A DNA stretch of 64,000 bases from Schizochytrium sp. TIO01. Lineage: Eukaryota; Protista; Bigyra: Labyrinthulomycetes. Every line of letters begins with the position of its first letter. The stretch's first letter is position 1. The notes below the pieces were generated by a model, which did not search any database, had not been told where the DNA came from, and saw only the letters and a program-made list of their open reading frames with translations. The stretch lies in the NCBI GenBank assembly GCA_004764695.1, contig SMSO01000037.1:1402747-1466746 (forward strand), read 5' to 3'. Of the stretch, positions 33,423 to 43,808 are shown one piece after another. A program made the position numbers and the translations under genes.

Positions 33423-36400
33423 TCACTTCTGGTCTAATGTGAGTATATTAAATGTCCCGTCATCAAGGGCTAGGATAAAACGATGCTGGGGGAACGAATC
33501 AAGAGCAGTAATAGACAATGGTGAAGCTTGCGCTGGAGATGTTTCGCACAACATATTCATGTCGTGAGCTTCAAACACAACAACAGTGTCCCGGGGTGTT
33601 ACACATAATAGCAGCTCGCCATCGAGAGAAAAACAAAAGTACAAAAGAGGGATGTCCACGGTTTTTTCACCGAGCTGCCTGCCGTTCACAGAAAATGAAA
33701 AAAGGGCCATTTCTGGACCATGCCAGACAACAATGTATGGGCTCTGAGAAGGCGCGATGCCAACCCAGAGAGCCGATGCCTTGTCTGAAATATGTGCAGG
33801 AGTCTTTGACGTGTTAGCGTCATCTATCGATACGGTTGCTCGAGAAGATGCTTGGCTGGTCTCTGCTGTATGAGAACCTCGAGGAACAGATGTTGAGAAA
33901 ACCAAAGATCGAACGTAATGCGCATGCTCTAGAGTATGCATGATACATGTCCCATCAAGACTAGCCGATACTACGAGATCTAATGCAGCACTCACGGCAA
34001 CACTTGTGACAGCATCATCGTGCCCAAGTAAAATATTGTCCAGCACTAGTGTGTCGCGGTGCACTTTCCACACAAATACACAACAATCTGCAGAGCCCGT
34101 AAGAACAAAAGAGCCATCCTCAGATATTGCAATACAAGTTGTCAGGTCAGTGTGTTTTTTGAAAATTCTGTCCTGGGACAGCTTGGTGTTTTGTTGACGG
34201 GCAAACGGATGTTTGTTGTGTATTTGCCCAAAAAGAACCCCTGTTTCGCTCGCAGGGGTCCAGTCAAAGGTACTCAAGCGAAAAGAGTTGTCAAAGGATC
34301 CAACAGCCATCACACGAAGAAGATTGCGAGCATCGACAGGTACTTCATTATCAGCTGCAGACGCGGAGCTTGTAAAAGTTGGCGAGCTACTAGAAGGGGA
34401 AGGCAGACCTGCCCGCGAATGTCTTATAGAACGGGCTGGGCTACTAGTTGAGGGTGAATTCAGCATGCCTGTATCAAGAGGATCACCATGAGCAAATGAG
34501 GCCATAGAAATTATGGGCTTGTAAGAGCCATCTTCCTCTGGAACAACCGAAATAGAAGCTGACTTTGGCGAAGTTGCCAATTTGCGGCCATCCAAAAAGC
34601 TTGCCTCGTCAAGCCCCGCATGAGTCACTTTATCTTTGCAAGGGCCTGGTAGACAGGCAAAACCTCCCCACTGGCGCGCAGCACCAAAAGTCCGGTGATA
34701 TTTCTCGGCACGCAAACCGCTCACTTGCCCTAAGGTTTCCCATGTTGTCAACACCTTAGTAGTGTCTCCTAAAGGCGTGAGAATATACAACATAATTGCA
34801 GTCTGGCGTTGGGTTACCATTAAAACATGGCGCACATCAAATATCTTGGAGTGAAACTCGATTTGGGAATATTTCCGTGTGCCGCCTAAGCCAAAGGGAA
34901 TAAGCGAAGAGACAAATGAAATATCGAAAACAGGTGACGTCCATTCAATTCGGTCATCTGATAAAGGTGGCTGTCGAAGCCGAGTTTTCACCCAAATTGG
35001 TTCCAGTGGAAAAAACAACCCCAAACTTCGATACATTGGTAGCCTCCTCGGCTTACGAGCTGGATGACTTCGATCGAAAAGCACTGGAGGACTTTGTCCA
35101 TACTCTTCAATCATCCGTTGCACAGTTTTGTATAAGTCTGGACGGACCTTTTCAAGATAATCAAGGTCCACAGCACCTTCATACATAAGATGGAAGTACA
35201 CATTGACAGCCTCTGCAGCTTCAGGTCCTTGTTGTTTCACGCCGAAGGTGAGATCAATCCAGTGATGAAGGCGTTGAGAAACATATTCACTCTCCAACGC
35301 CTGGCGTTGCTTTCGCACGAAGTCTTCAGGGCTCGAGGCCCACTTTGGAAGAATAACATCATTGACACGGGCTCCATCCTGTTTTGTTCCCAGATCAAAT
35401 CCAGAGCTGTTGCGTAAAAACTCTGGGTTGCAATAGAATTCAGGCAAAAGCTCGCGAGGACTTACTTTTGTGGCGAATTCATACGCCTTTTCAATTGAAT
35501 CAAATTGGCGATCAGCATGGTCGAATCTTCCACCTTGAAGTTCTATATGAAGAGTAGTGAAAGGTTCAAGACGTAGAAGATACCAGAGAATGCAGCCACG
35601 CGACGAGTAATGACTTCCAAAATGCCATGGAGGTCCTTGCAAAACGTTTAGATCGCCGTGTTTCTGCTCTTGAAACTGTCTATCTTCTCCGCCACCAAGG
35701 AGAGGCCAACGGAACAAGCCACCAAGAGATGAAGTTCCAGGAGAAATTACGCGATAGTCTCGTGTTGCCTCTTGAAACTTGGCCCGCAACTCTTCACGTC
35801 GAGACTCTGATTGGGCTCCGATAGGAAAGCGCAAGTCTCGGTAAAAAGATGGGTCTTGCAAGTCTATAGTCTCTGATGAGAATGAGCTCAGGACCCAGGG
35901 AATTATTGGGTACTGAGCAAGATCTTCATAGGTTCTGCCAGCATAGTCGTTCAGAACCATGAGATACTCCAAATTGGAGATTCGACCTTCAAGCCAAGCT
36001 TCTTGAGCCCCCGAGCGCAAAGCACGTTCTGAAGGTGTCCATAAGGCATCCTCTTGATCGATGAGTCGAGCAATTTGTTTCAAAGCAGCGAGTGACTTGT
36101 CTGTTCCTCCCACAAAGTCGAAAAGATAGGATTCGCGTTCTGTGTTTCCAGTAAAGAGTTCCATTGCTGTCCAGCGCATATTCACCCGGCGTCGCTGAAC
36201 ACGGCGAACTGTGCTAAGTTGCCACTGCTTGCCCTGACTGATAGTTGCCCCCATACCACTCGCTAACTTAGCCCGATAGTTAGTATCAGCTTGATTTGAA
36301 ACAGCACTCCTGACAAAGCGAAGATGTGTACCAAATATTTCCAGAATACCTTCGGTTTGACCTGTTGGCATGATGAGAACTACTCTCTCCTTAATTAGCG

Positions 36401-39400
36401 CTTCAATAGAAGATGTTGGTTTTGTCGTTGATAGATGAGGTCTGCGAAGTTTTCGAGCTGACGGGGTCTTTGGTGGTTCTTGAGCCGCTCCATTTGCAGT
36501 GTTATCTATAAAATTCTGAGACTGTTTCATATCCGACTGAGGAGAGCTTTGAGATGAATTTTTCGCAAGTGCGCCGCTAGATACAGTGACACCAAGTGTT
36601 CGAGCCTCTTGTAACTCACGAAATAAATTGAGCTTTGATCCTGCGTTCGAGTCATCACGGCGGTGAGACATCGGCGAGGAAGATGTCTCACTTTCTAACT
36701 GGTTTTCTGGAACATCGGCATCCACCAACACAGTAGGTCGAGAACGCGAAGATGCCTGGCGATGATCACTAGCGCTTGGATTGGCTCTCACCTTGAATCT
36801 TAACCTTGTACGCGAGGTCTCGCACCTATCAAGTTTCAAAAACCTGACATCACTCGATCGACCTTCGCCCCACGTTCCCCGTTCATGAGCAACCTGACGG
36901 AGGATATTTGACCAAGTTGACAATGCTCGCTTTGCTCGCCGTGTATAATTTGCGTGCTTTACCTCACGAGCACGGGCTTCCCGCAAGCCTAACTGCGCCA
37001 TAGCAACCTTAATGTGACGATGCCAAGGTTCGACATCCCGTGTACCATACGACACACTTGCGCTTGCACTTCTTTCCAAGGAGCTGGACTTTTCTTGTGA
37101 ATGGTGGCCACTGGACGTTGATACTTGCGATCTATTATCAACTGCTTGGGCTTGGGAATTTAATTGAGAGGCTCCCGGCTGGTTGCCTAATAAAAGTTGT
37201 TGTTGATCTACTTGTTGCCAATGCTGAAGACGATCCTCGCTGGCTTTTAGCAAGCGAGGTAGAACCTCTAAGACTCCGGATTCTACCACTTGGGACATTT
37301 TACCATCTTCATTAGATGCAGCATCAGCAACTGTTCCTGAATATTCTGTATACAGCCGTTGGAGGTCTTTGTATGCATACTGCAATGCTTCGTATGATAG
37401 AGAGGCGTCGTGTTCAATAAGAAGTGCCAGAGCTGAAAGTGCTCGCTCTAGTTCAGTCCGTGTAGGATTGTTTACTGAAGTATCCAGACTCCAGACGCAC
37501 CCTGAGATTATCTTTCCAAGAATTACAACTAATGGGAGTTGCAGCTCCAATCGGAGGATACAGCCAACGCAACGACAATCTGGCGATGCATGGACTGAAT
37601 TCTTTCGAACTGATAACCTACTCTTGCCGTGCCCTTTGCCGCCAATACAAAGTGGAGACACGTCGAGTTTATCCATAATGGTCAACAGAGCATAGAACGA
37701 CTGTATCCAAAGATCACCAGAACCAATAATTGCAGGCGTCTCACGAGAAGCTCCATCTGTCGAATTGCGGTACAGTCGACTCAGTGTTCGGCCAGCAAAT
37801 GGATGCGGGCCTTGTTTGAAAGGTGTCATAGAGTGCGCCAAAATACGGCACAACAGAGATACCAGGTTATGATCTGCCCGAAGGCAATCGTCTTGTCGCG
37901 TGGAGCTTATTCTATCGCCAATAACCACTGTAGTACTGAGCATAAACAGAGGAGCCATGTAAAGCAATGGCGAGTCAGGAGCACGAATTCTTGCTTCGGA
38001 GCTGATAAAGGTTAATGTTGTCTCAAGGCTAGTAGCAACAGATAAAATTGCTGTTTGGGAGTGAGGTCGGCACGAAGCGTCCGTTGCGATTTGCACGAGA
38101 TTCTTCATATGTAAAAAATCAAATAGTGAGCAAATGAGCGAAAAGCATTCACAAATTTCAGTTTGAGGGTCAAACGCATTGTCTTTGCAAATGAGTTGTA
38201 CCAAGTGAGCACGCCAATGCGGGATCTGCAGAAATGCTTTCCAGTTATCCTGCAATTGGACCAGCGTCCAAATTTCCTCAAGTCCACTCCTTTTGAGTTT
38301 GCCACAAGAAAGATGTACCAGAACTCCTGCAAGGGTTACTTCCAGAGCTTTGGGAAATCCAATGCTACGTTTTGCGGACCGTTCCACCACCGCAAGACTA
38401 ATTGTCTTCTCCAGTAACCGTTGTAGGTCTTCATCAGAGGATTGCCAATACAATGCTGTCATTGAGTCGCTGATAACGGACGTAATTGCAGACCATGCAG
38501 TGGCTAAGCTTTGCGCTGGAAGGACTTTGCGAGTTCGTAGAATTCGGAACAACTCTAATGCACGAGTAACTACACGGCGATCATCTGAAGCCATGAGCGC
38601 AACTAAGACCTCAACCATGACATTCCTTGCACGAGCTGGTGAACCCTCTTCCCAACCTGTTGAAATTGAATTGGCAGTCTGACTAGAGGATGACACGACA
38701 GAGGCATTGTCATCTGTAATAGTCAACTCAGAAACCTCCCTACAGTAAACAGGGTCATCTTCTACAGGTATTTGCACGTCAAAACGTTTGACCAAGGTCT
38801 CCGGCTCAATTCTGGACAAGGTGCATAAGGAATGCAAAAGTGGTGCCATGAGAGGTGCATCCAAATCAAGGTTGCACAACAGCGAGACTAACGATATGTC
38901 TTCATCAGCCATCGGAAGGTGGGAGCTCATGGTCACAACAGCTTGGTCGATTAACTCAGCTAACGAAAGCGTTACTTCTCTTCCAATCCGTTGTTGAATT
39001 TGTTGCGCTGCCGCTAAAGAAACCATGCCCTTCCAGAACATGCGCGCAGCGTCACGTCGCAAATTTAAGTCACTAGAAGACTCCATCTTCGGTTCACATG
39101 AGCCAGGGTCCGTTTGCTGAGTACTACATTCCTCGCACGCTGCTGTTTTTCCAGCGACAGACGAAGCTGCGGAAGGTGGACTTGTTGGTGTTGGCAGAGA
39201 GTTCATATCTGCATACAAAGAGATGGAGGAACCCTGAGTGGCGAGCTCTTGTTTGAGCTCGCCCCTGCCACTACTTTGGAGAGTCCTAGGATCACTAAGA
39301 GACAATAATTCACGTGACGTCTCTTCTATTTGACCATCTTCCGAGTGCATATCTTCTTGGTCCGAATTGTTTGCATAAGTAGCAAGTTTCTCTTCCATGA

Positions 39401-42400
39401 TTGGATCAAATATAAGACTACGGGAGTGTTTTGATTTGAGCCTAGAAGCAGGGGAAAGTAGGCTACTTTTCTCTCCGTCAAGGCTCGAGCTTTCAAAGAG
39501 AAACCTTCCTGTGAGTTCTTCAACGATGTGTGGAACGGTAATCAAAGATCTAACAGCCATCGGCCTGCCTTGAAGAGTGCGGTGCACGGCATTCACCATG
39601 GCGAATGGAAGACCAGTGCTACTGGACTTGCCCCATATCTCGATACTGAGCAAAATCTCGCGTACTGCTTGCTGGTAAAGACGCTTATCATGCACGAGGC
39701 GGCCTACAAAATACTCTGCACCAACAAGTGTGTCTGATCCAATACATGAAGCTGACAAGCGTCGAAGTAGGTATGATATTACTTCAATTCCATCTGTAAG
39801 AGCTGCTCTAGAAGCAGGGGAGGTTCCCTCCAAGACAACAAGTTTGCCAAGGAGGTTTAGGGCACACCCTGTAAGCGTATGGCTACCCTCAAGAGCCAGC
39901 AAAGGGAAAACAGCTTGCATGCCACCTACTGAAAGCATTGCCTTACGAGCGCCACGCTGAAGGCAAATGTAGATACGCTCATTCACATGTTGGGAAGCAA
40001 TCGGGCGATGTCCCATAAATAGTGCCGCTGAATTCCGACTTACGTCCATGAAGAATTTTCCATCCCTTGCCGTCGCCCGTTCGTCGAGCTCAAGCACCAC
40101 ACGGTTTGCACGGATGGTTGAAGATGATGCTCCGTCAAATATTGCTAACACCTCAGCTGCAGTGAGCGCAGCACACCAAAATTTGATGTCACTAAGGCAT
40201 CCATAAAGAACACATTGAAGATCTGTGTTGACTCCAATAACCCAATGAGAAAGAGGCACACTGCCTAACGGAAAAGCACAACGTCCTTGCTGACTTAATT
40301 GAACTTGACCATCAATATAAATATGCACTTGATCATGACCACCACTTCCAAAAATACCACTTGACTTTTCTCGCGAAATCACGAGAACGAGGTGATACCA
40401 CCTCCCTGCTTCGACACGGTATGCGGCTGGAAAGCTGCGAGTTTGACCACGCGTTTGAATCGCAACAGTAGGAGTACCATGATCAACATAGCATCCGACT
40501 CCTTCTCGTCGCTCGTGGCTACACATTTCAAAAAGAGTTGAATTGGTGTCAGTTGAGTGCAGAAGAAACCATACTGAAAAGCTTAGTGATTCTTTGCTGG
40601 GCCATGTTGGACAGGAGGTTGCATTAATGGTTTTCATGAGTGGAGCTGTTGTAGGGCTTACTGCATCAGGAACAGCTTCTATTGTAGGGTCTGTCGTGAA
40701 GCTCACGCGCAATCCACTCTGCGTTGCAGCAAAGTAGATAAAAGAGCGGCCGCCTTCAAAGACAGTATTAATAAGGCGAGCGAGATCTGTCACAAGATCC
40801 TGTTGGTTGGATACAGTCCATATTTTTCTAAACATTGCCTTGAGTAAGCGAACAGATGTTTGGGCGGATGCTAAAGCAGCCATTATCTGTAGCGCACACA
40901 GGCGCACAATTGAATCCATAACCTCCAGGTGGGCCAAAAGAAGGAGAACAAGTGGTTGTTGAATATTAAGTATTGCTGTAGCATTGACCCCCGACTCTAC
41001 ATGATCAAACGCATCATTTCGAGGGCTGCGAGCTCCAGACTGTTCATGATCAGTCAAGCAAGGACTTGAGTCATAAAGAACGCCAGGAAGATGAAACCTT
41101 CTATTTGCTTCTTGTTCAAGAGTATTCTTGGAACTACTTGAGCCCTCTTCAACAGGGTCGATGTTTAGAGTTTGGCTATTTGCTTGTGAAGGGCAGACCA
41201 GAGAGCGAATAACCTCAAGTCCAGCTTTAAAAACCTTTGGTTGAGCCATGCGGGATCTCATCAAAATGGCAATAGCGATATCCAATGCGTGAGCATTCAA
41301 AATAAGCTTGGATCCGCTAGGGAAAACACTGCAGAATTCGGAAGTTTCACTTTGGAAGGAATATTCGACTTTGCCATCAAACGCCATGAAAAAAGTTGCC
41401 GAAAGTGCGTTACCAAATTGGGACTCTGTTTTACATGATTCTGCAACAAGAGGGGCTATCTTACTGTACATACTGCGTGCTTGCGAGCTTGCCCTCACGT
41501 TGCTGTTTTTTTCCATGAGCTGTGTGAGTGTTCTTAAAATGTTAAGAGTGAGTTGATGCTTTCCATTAGCGCTTTTGCAGGAGGATATAAGCTGAATAAG
41601 GTCCTGAACGAGATGAAAATCTATCCAAAACATTGTCATGCACGTGGACGCAGCCAGTGCAACGAATAGATCGAGAAAAAACCCCATTTTATTTGCAGAC
41701 GTCATCCCCTCGCTTTCATTTTCTTGCTCAACTTCTCGTGAAAATTCAACTTCAATCTCCTGACGAATAGTACGCAAGAGCAAACGCGCTTGACCTCGTT
41801 CAAGGAGCTGTTGTAAAAGTGTTCGATAAATATTTGCCAGTGCCGGGCGAATGGATGGTTTGTTAACGATACCACGTTTAACAAGCATCGCAAAAAATTC
41901 GTTCATCATCGTTGAACTTAAAGTCCAGTTACCACGAGCTTGTTGAACTATTGCGTCAAGAATGGCCCAGGTGCAACATTCCATACTCCAGGGTAGAATA
42001 TCTGCAATTGGGGGCGTCAAGATATCGAGCAATTGGCGAATTCGACGGTCTCCAAGAGTAGGAGGTTCGCCGATCAGCATAGTTGCTGTTAGAACAACAA
42101 GTGATTCTGTTGAGCCGTCTTTCTCGCGTACCAAATCGTACAATTTGGATGTGGTGCACGCTGCATGAAAAAGGTCGAGCCTTGAGTGCGCGTCAATTCC
42201 GTTGAGCCATTGTTGTTTGATTGCGAGATCGTCACACCGAGGGTCAAAAATGAAGGCTGGGTATTGTACGAATGCCCTGTCTAGGTTTGTGTCTAGACGT
42301 CGAAGTACGGTGACGAGAGCTCGCTTGAGCTTTCCTGATGGTGATGACTTTAATTTATCTATCATATAATCTGAAGCGTGTTCCTTGAGCGTCGGATCCA

Positions 42401-43808
42401 TAATGTTTGCAATAAAGCCTTCTGCTACAGCGATTAAACCACGGTTATCTCGTCTCGGACGAAGGTCCACTGCAAAGCTACCATCCACAACAAATCGTGT
42501 GGTCGCGCCATCGCAGACGTCAGGGATGTGTGCAAAATAACGGGAGCATGGTTCGTCGTCCCAAGGGTATGCTGCAAGTTCTTCAGATAGTATGCTACAG
42601 ACCTGGTGAACTGCAGATTTCGTGAATGCGCGTGGCATGAATTTACTTGTATACAAACTAGCGATGCCTGCTGCAGAAAGGATCATCTCAACATGCTGCC
42701 TGGGATTCGGTGTGGTCATAATATCAACTACAGTCTGAACTTGCGGTAGGTCTTCAATGGTTTGCTGGAATACCGCCGAGCAATTATGAAAGCGCCGCAT
42801 TAAATACAAAGCCGCACCCAATGCTTGCAGCGCGGCTTCAATAGTACAACATAGCCATGAAGCCTTGGCTTTTGAGTAGACCCTCCACAATCTATCAATA
42901 ATATTGATGATGATGGGGATGAACTGATGTGCTAAAATAGGGTAGTAGTCAGCTGCTTCTGGTTTTGTGTCTGGTTTGACATTTGAGAGGTCCAAACCGC
43001 GCCATTCCCCGCAGAGACACGTAGAGCAGCTCAGTTCGCACGCCGATCGAAGTGTAGATGCTGCTTCCTCGCTAATAAATGCTGTAGATACTTCATCCTG
43101 AAGAACAGTTCGGAGGTTGATAGTGATTTCTTGAAGTAACTTCACGTATAGTTGCTCCGGGAAATGCCATGTGAAGCCCAGTGCAATGGCAGTGGCAACC
43201 TGGCACACAGAGTCCACTGTCATCTGGCGACTAACTCCATGTGGATTTTTGTCATTGTTGCTGTTTACCTGTTGAGTTGGTGTTGTTTGTGCGTTCGCTT
43301 GCTGCTGTAGTTGATGTAAAGTGTGAGAGTTTGTTTGAAGGGTTGCCTGGTGTTGGTGTGACGGTGATCGTGGCGATACATGTGGAGGTGGAGGTGGTTT
43401 CCGATGTGAGCTCTGTTGAAGTCGAGATTCAGTCAGTGTAGGGATAATAACGTCTCTAAAGATTGCGAGAAGACCTTGCTCGCAATCGAGTTCTAAGGCA
43501 GCTGCATCGAGGCTCTCCTGGAAGGCCCTAGATTCGATGCCTGCAGTTCTTGCCTGCTCAAATAGGACACGCGCTTTTCTTTGTGCGACTTTTCCAAAGA
43601 AAGCCACCGCGAGACTTGAGCCTGCGTTTGATGCGCCTGCAGGAAAGGAGGACGAAGACGCGCGACGAAGGCCGTGATGAGTACTTGCTCGGCGCGAGGA
43701 GTCGCCTGAGGACTTGGCGGACTTGGAGGACCTACTTGAGCTGCTCGAGTTAAAGTTAGAGTTGGACGCCCCCGCAAGCCCGCCTTCTCTAGATCGGGTC
43801 TGTCCCAT
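33423..43808 (-). CDS. BEACH-domain protein (neurobeachin/LRBA/NBEAL-like): ConA-like lectin, PH, BEACH and WD40 regions, 3461 aa, single ORF
   Basis: SFSVWF...WYHLVLV...IYIDG (ConA-like), KLDRCE..RTRLR, WLEGRISNLEYLMVLNDYAGRTYEDLAQYPIIPWVL, HFGSHYS, QGGRFDHADRQF, ELLPEFY, ALESEYVSQRLHHWIDLTFG and WD repeats (TGSADCCVFVW, GHDDAVTSV). Confidence 0.96.
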   Translation of the reverse strand: MGQTRSREGGLAGASNSNFNSSSSSRSSKSAKSSGDSSRRASTHHGLRRASSSSFPAGASNAGSSLAVAFFGKVAQRKARVLFEQARTAGIESRAFQESLDAAALELDCEQGLLAIFRDVIIPTLTESRLQQSSHRKPPPPPHVSPRSPSHQHQATLQTNSHTLHQLQQQANAQTTPTQQVNSNNDKNPHGVSRQMTVDSVCQVATAIALGFTWHFPEQLYVKLLQEITINLRTVLQDEVSTAFISEEAASTLRSACELSCSTCLCGEWRGLDLSNVKPDTKPEAADYYPILAHQFIPIIINIIDRLWRVYSKAKASWLCCTIEAALQALGAALYLMRRFHNCSAVFQQTIEDLPQVQTVVDIMTTPNPRQHVEMILSAAGIASLYTSKFMPRAFTKSAVHQVCSILSEELAAYPWDDEPCSRYFAHIPDVCDGATTRFVVDGSFAVDLRPRRDNRGLIAVAEGFIANIMDPTLKEHASDYMIDKLKSSPSGKLKRALVTVLRRLDTNLDRAFVQYPAFIFDPRCDDLAIKQQWLNGIDAHSRLDLFHAACTTSKLYDLVREKDGSTESLVVLTATMLIGEPPTLGDRRIRQLLDILTPPIADILPWSMECCTWAILDAIVQQARGNWTLSSTMMNEFFAMLVKRGIVNKPSIRPALANIYRTLLQQLLERGQARLLLRTIRQEIEVEFSREVEQENESEGMTSANKMGFFLDLFVALAASTCMTMFWIDFHLVQDLIQLISSCKSANGKHQLTLNILRTLTQLMEKNSNVRASSQARSMYSKIAPLVAESCKTESQFGNALSATFFMAFDGKVEYSFQSETSEFCSVFPSGSKLILNAHALDIAIAILMRSRMAQPKVFKAGLEVIRSLVCPSQANSQTLNIDPVEEGSSSSKNTLEQEANRRFHLPGVLYDSSPCLTDHEQSGARSPRNDAFDHVESGVNATAILNIQQPLVLLLLAHLEVMDSIVRLCALQIMAALASAQTSVRLLKAMFRKIWTVSNQQDLVTDLARLINTVFEGGRSFIYFAATQSGLRVSFTTDPTIEAVPDAVSPTTAPLMKTINATSCPTWPSKESLSFSVWFLLHSTDTNSTLFEMCSHERREGVGCYVDHGTPTVAIQTRGQTRSFPAAYRVEAGRWYHLVLVISREKSSGIFGSGGHDQVHIYIDGQVQLSQQGRCAFPLGSVPLSHWVIGVNTDLQCVLYGCLSDIKFWCAALTAAEVLAIFDGASSSTIRANRVVLELDERATARDGKFFMDVSRNSAALFMGHRPIASQHVNERIYICLQRGARKAMLSVGGMQAVFPLLALEGSHTLTGCALNLLGKLVVLEGTSPASRAALTDGIEVISYLLRRLSASCIGSDTLVGAEYFVGRLVHDKRLYQQAVREILLSIEIWGKSSSTGLPFAMVNAVHRTLQGRPMAVRSLITVPHIVEELTGRFLFESSSLDGEKSSLLSPASRLKSKHSRSLIFDPIMEEKLATYANNSDQEDMHSEDGQIEETSRELLSLSDPRTLQSSGRGELKQELATQGSSISLYADMNSLPTPTSPPSAASSVAGKTAACEECSTQQTDPGSCEPKMESSSDLNLRRDAARMFWKGMVSLAAAQQIQQRIGREVTLSLAELIDQAVVTMSSHLPMADEDISLVSLLCNLDLDAPLMAPLLHSLCTLSRIEPETLVKRFDVQIPVEDDPVYCREVSELTITDDNASVVSSSSQTANSISTGWEEGSPARARNVMVEVLVALMASDDRRVVTRALELFRILRTRKVLPAQSLATAWSAITSVISDSMTALYWQSSDEDLQRLLEKTISLAVVERSAKRSIGFPKALEVTLAGVLVHLSCGKLKRSGLEEIWTLVQLQDNWKAFLQIPHWRAHLVQLICKDNAFDPQTEICECFSLICSLFDFLHMKNLVQIATDASCRPHSQTAILSVATSLETTLTFISSEARIRAPDSPLLYMAPLFMLSTTVVIGDRISSTRQDDCLRADHNLVSLLCRILAHSMTPFKQGPHPFAGRTLSRLYRNSTDGASRETPAIIGSGDLWIQSFYALLTIMDKLDVSPLCIGGKGHGKSRLSVRKNSVHASPDCRCVGCILRLELQLPLVVILGKIISGCVWSLDTSVNNPTRTELERALSALALLIEHDASLSYEALQYAYKDLQRLYTEYSGTVADAASNEDGKMSQVVESGVLEVLPRLLKASEDRLQHWQQVDQQQLLLGNQPGASQLNSQAQAVDNRSQVSTSSGHHSQEKSSSLERSASASVSYGTRDVEPWHRHIKVAMAQLGLREARAREVKHANYTRRAKRALSTWSNILRQVAHERGTWGEGRSSDVRFLKLDRCETSRTRLRFKVRANPSASDHRQASSRSRPTVLVDADVPENQLESETSSSPMSHRRDDSNAGSKLNLFRELQEARTLGVTVSSGALAKNSSQSSPQSDMKQSQNFIDNTANGAAQEPPKTPSARKLRRPHLSTTKPTSSIEALIKERVVLIMPTGQTEGILEIFGTHLRFVRSAVSNQADTNYRAKLASGMGATISQGKQWQLSTVRRVQRRRVNMRWTAMELFTGNTERESYLFDFVGGTDKSLAALKQIARLIDQEDALWTPSERALRSGAQEAWLEGRISNLEYLMVLNDYAGRTYEDLAQYPIIPWVLSSFSSETIDLQDPSFYRDLRFPIGAQSESRREELRAKFQEATRDYRVISPGTSSLGGLFRWPLLGGGEDRQFQEQKHGDLNVLQGPPWHFGSHYSSRGCILWYLLRLEPFTTLHIELQGGRFDHADRQFDSIEKAYEFATKVSPRELLPEFYCNPEFLRNSSGFDLGTKQDGARVNDVILPKWASSPEDFVRKQRQALESEYVSQRLHHWIDLTFGVKQQGPEAAEAVNVYFHLMYEGAVDLDYLEKVRPDLYKTVQRMIEEYGQSPPVLFDRSHPARKPRRLPMYRSLGLFFPLEPIWVKTRLRQPPLSDDRIEWTSPVFDISFVSSLIPFGLGGTRKYSQIEFHSKIFDVRHVLMVTQRQTAIMLYILTPLGDTTKVLTTWETLGQVSGLRAEKYHRTFGAARQWGGFACLPGPCKDKVTHAGLDEASFLDGRKLATSPKSASISVVPEEDGSYKPIISMASFAHGDPLDTGMLNSPSTSSPARSIRHSRAGLPSPSSSSPTFTSSASAADNEVPVDARNLLRVMAVGSFDNSFRLSTFDWTPASETGVLFGQIHNKHPFARQQNTKLSQDRIFKKHTDLTTCIAISEDGSFVLTGSADCCVFVWKVHRDTLVLDNILLGHDDAVTSVAVSAALDLVVSASLDGTCIMHTLEHAHYVRSLVFSTSVPRGSHTAETSQASSRATVSIDDANTSKTPAHISDKASALWVGIAPSQSPYIVVWHGPEMALFSFSVNGRQLGEKTVDIPLLYFCFSLDGELLLCVTPRDTVVVFEAHDMNMLCETSPAQASPLSITALDSFPQHRFILALDDGTFNILTLDQK

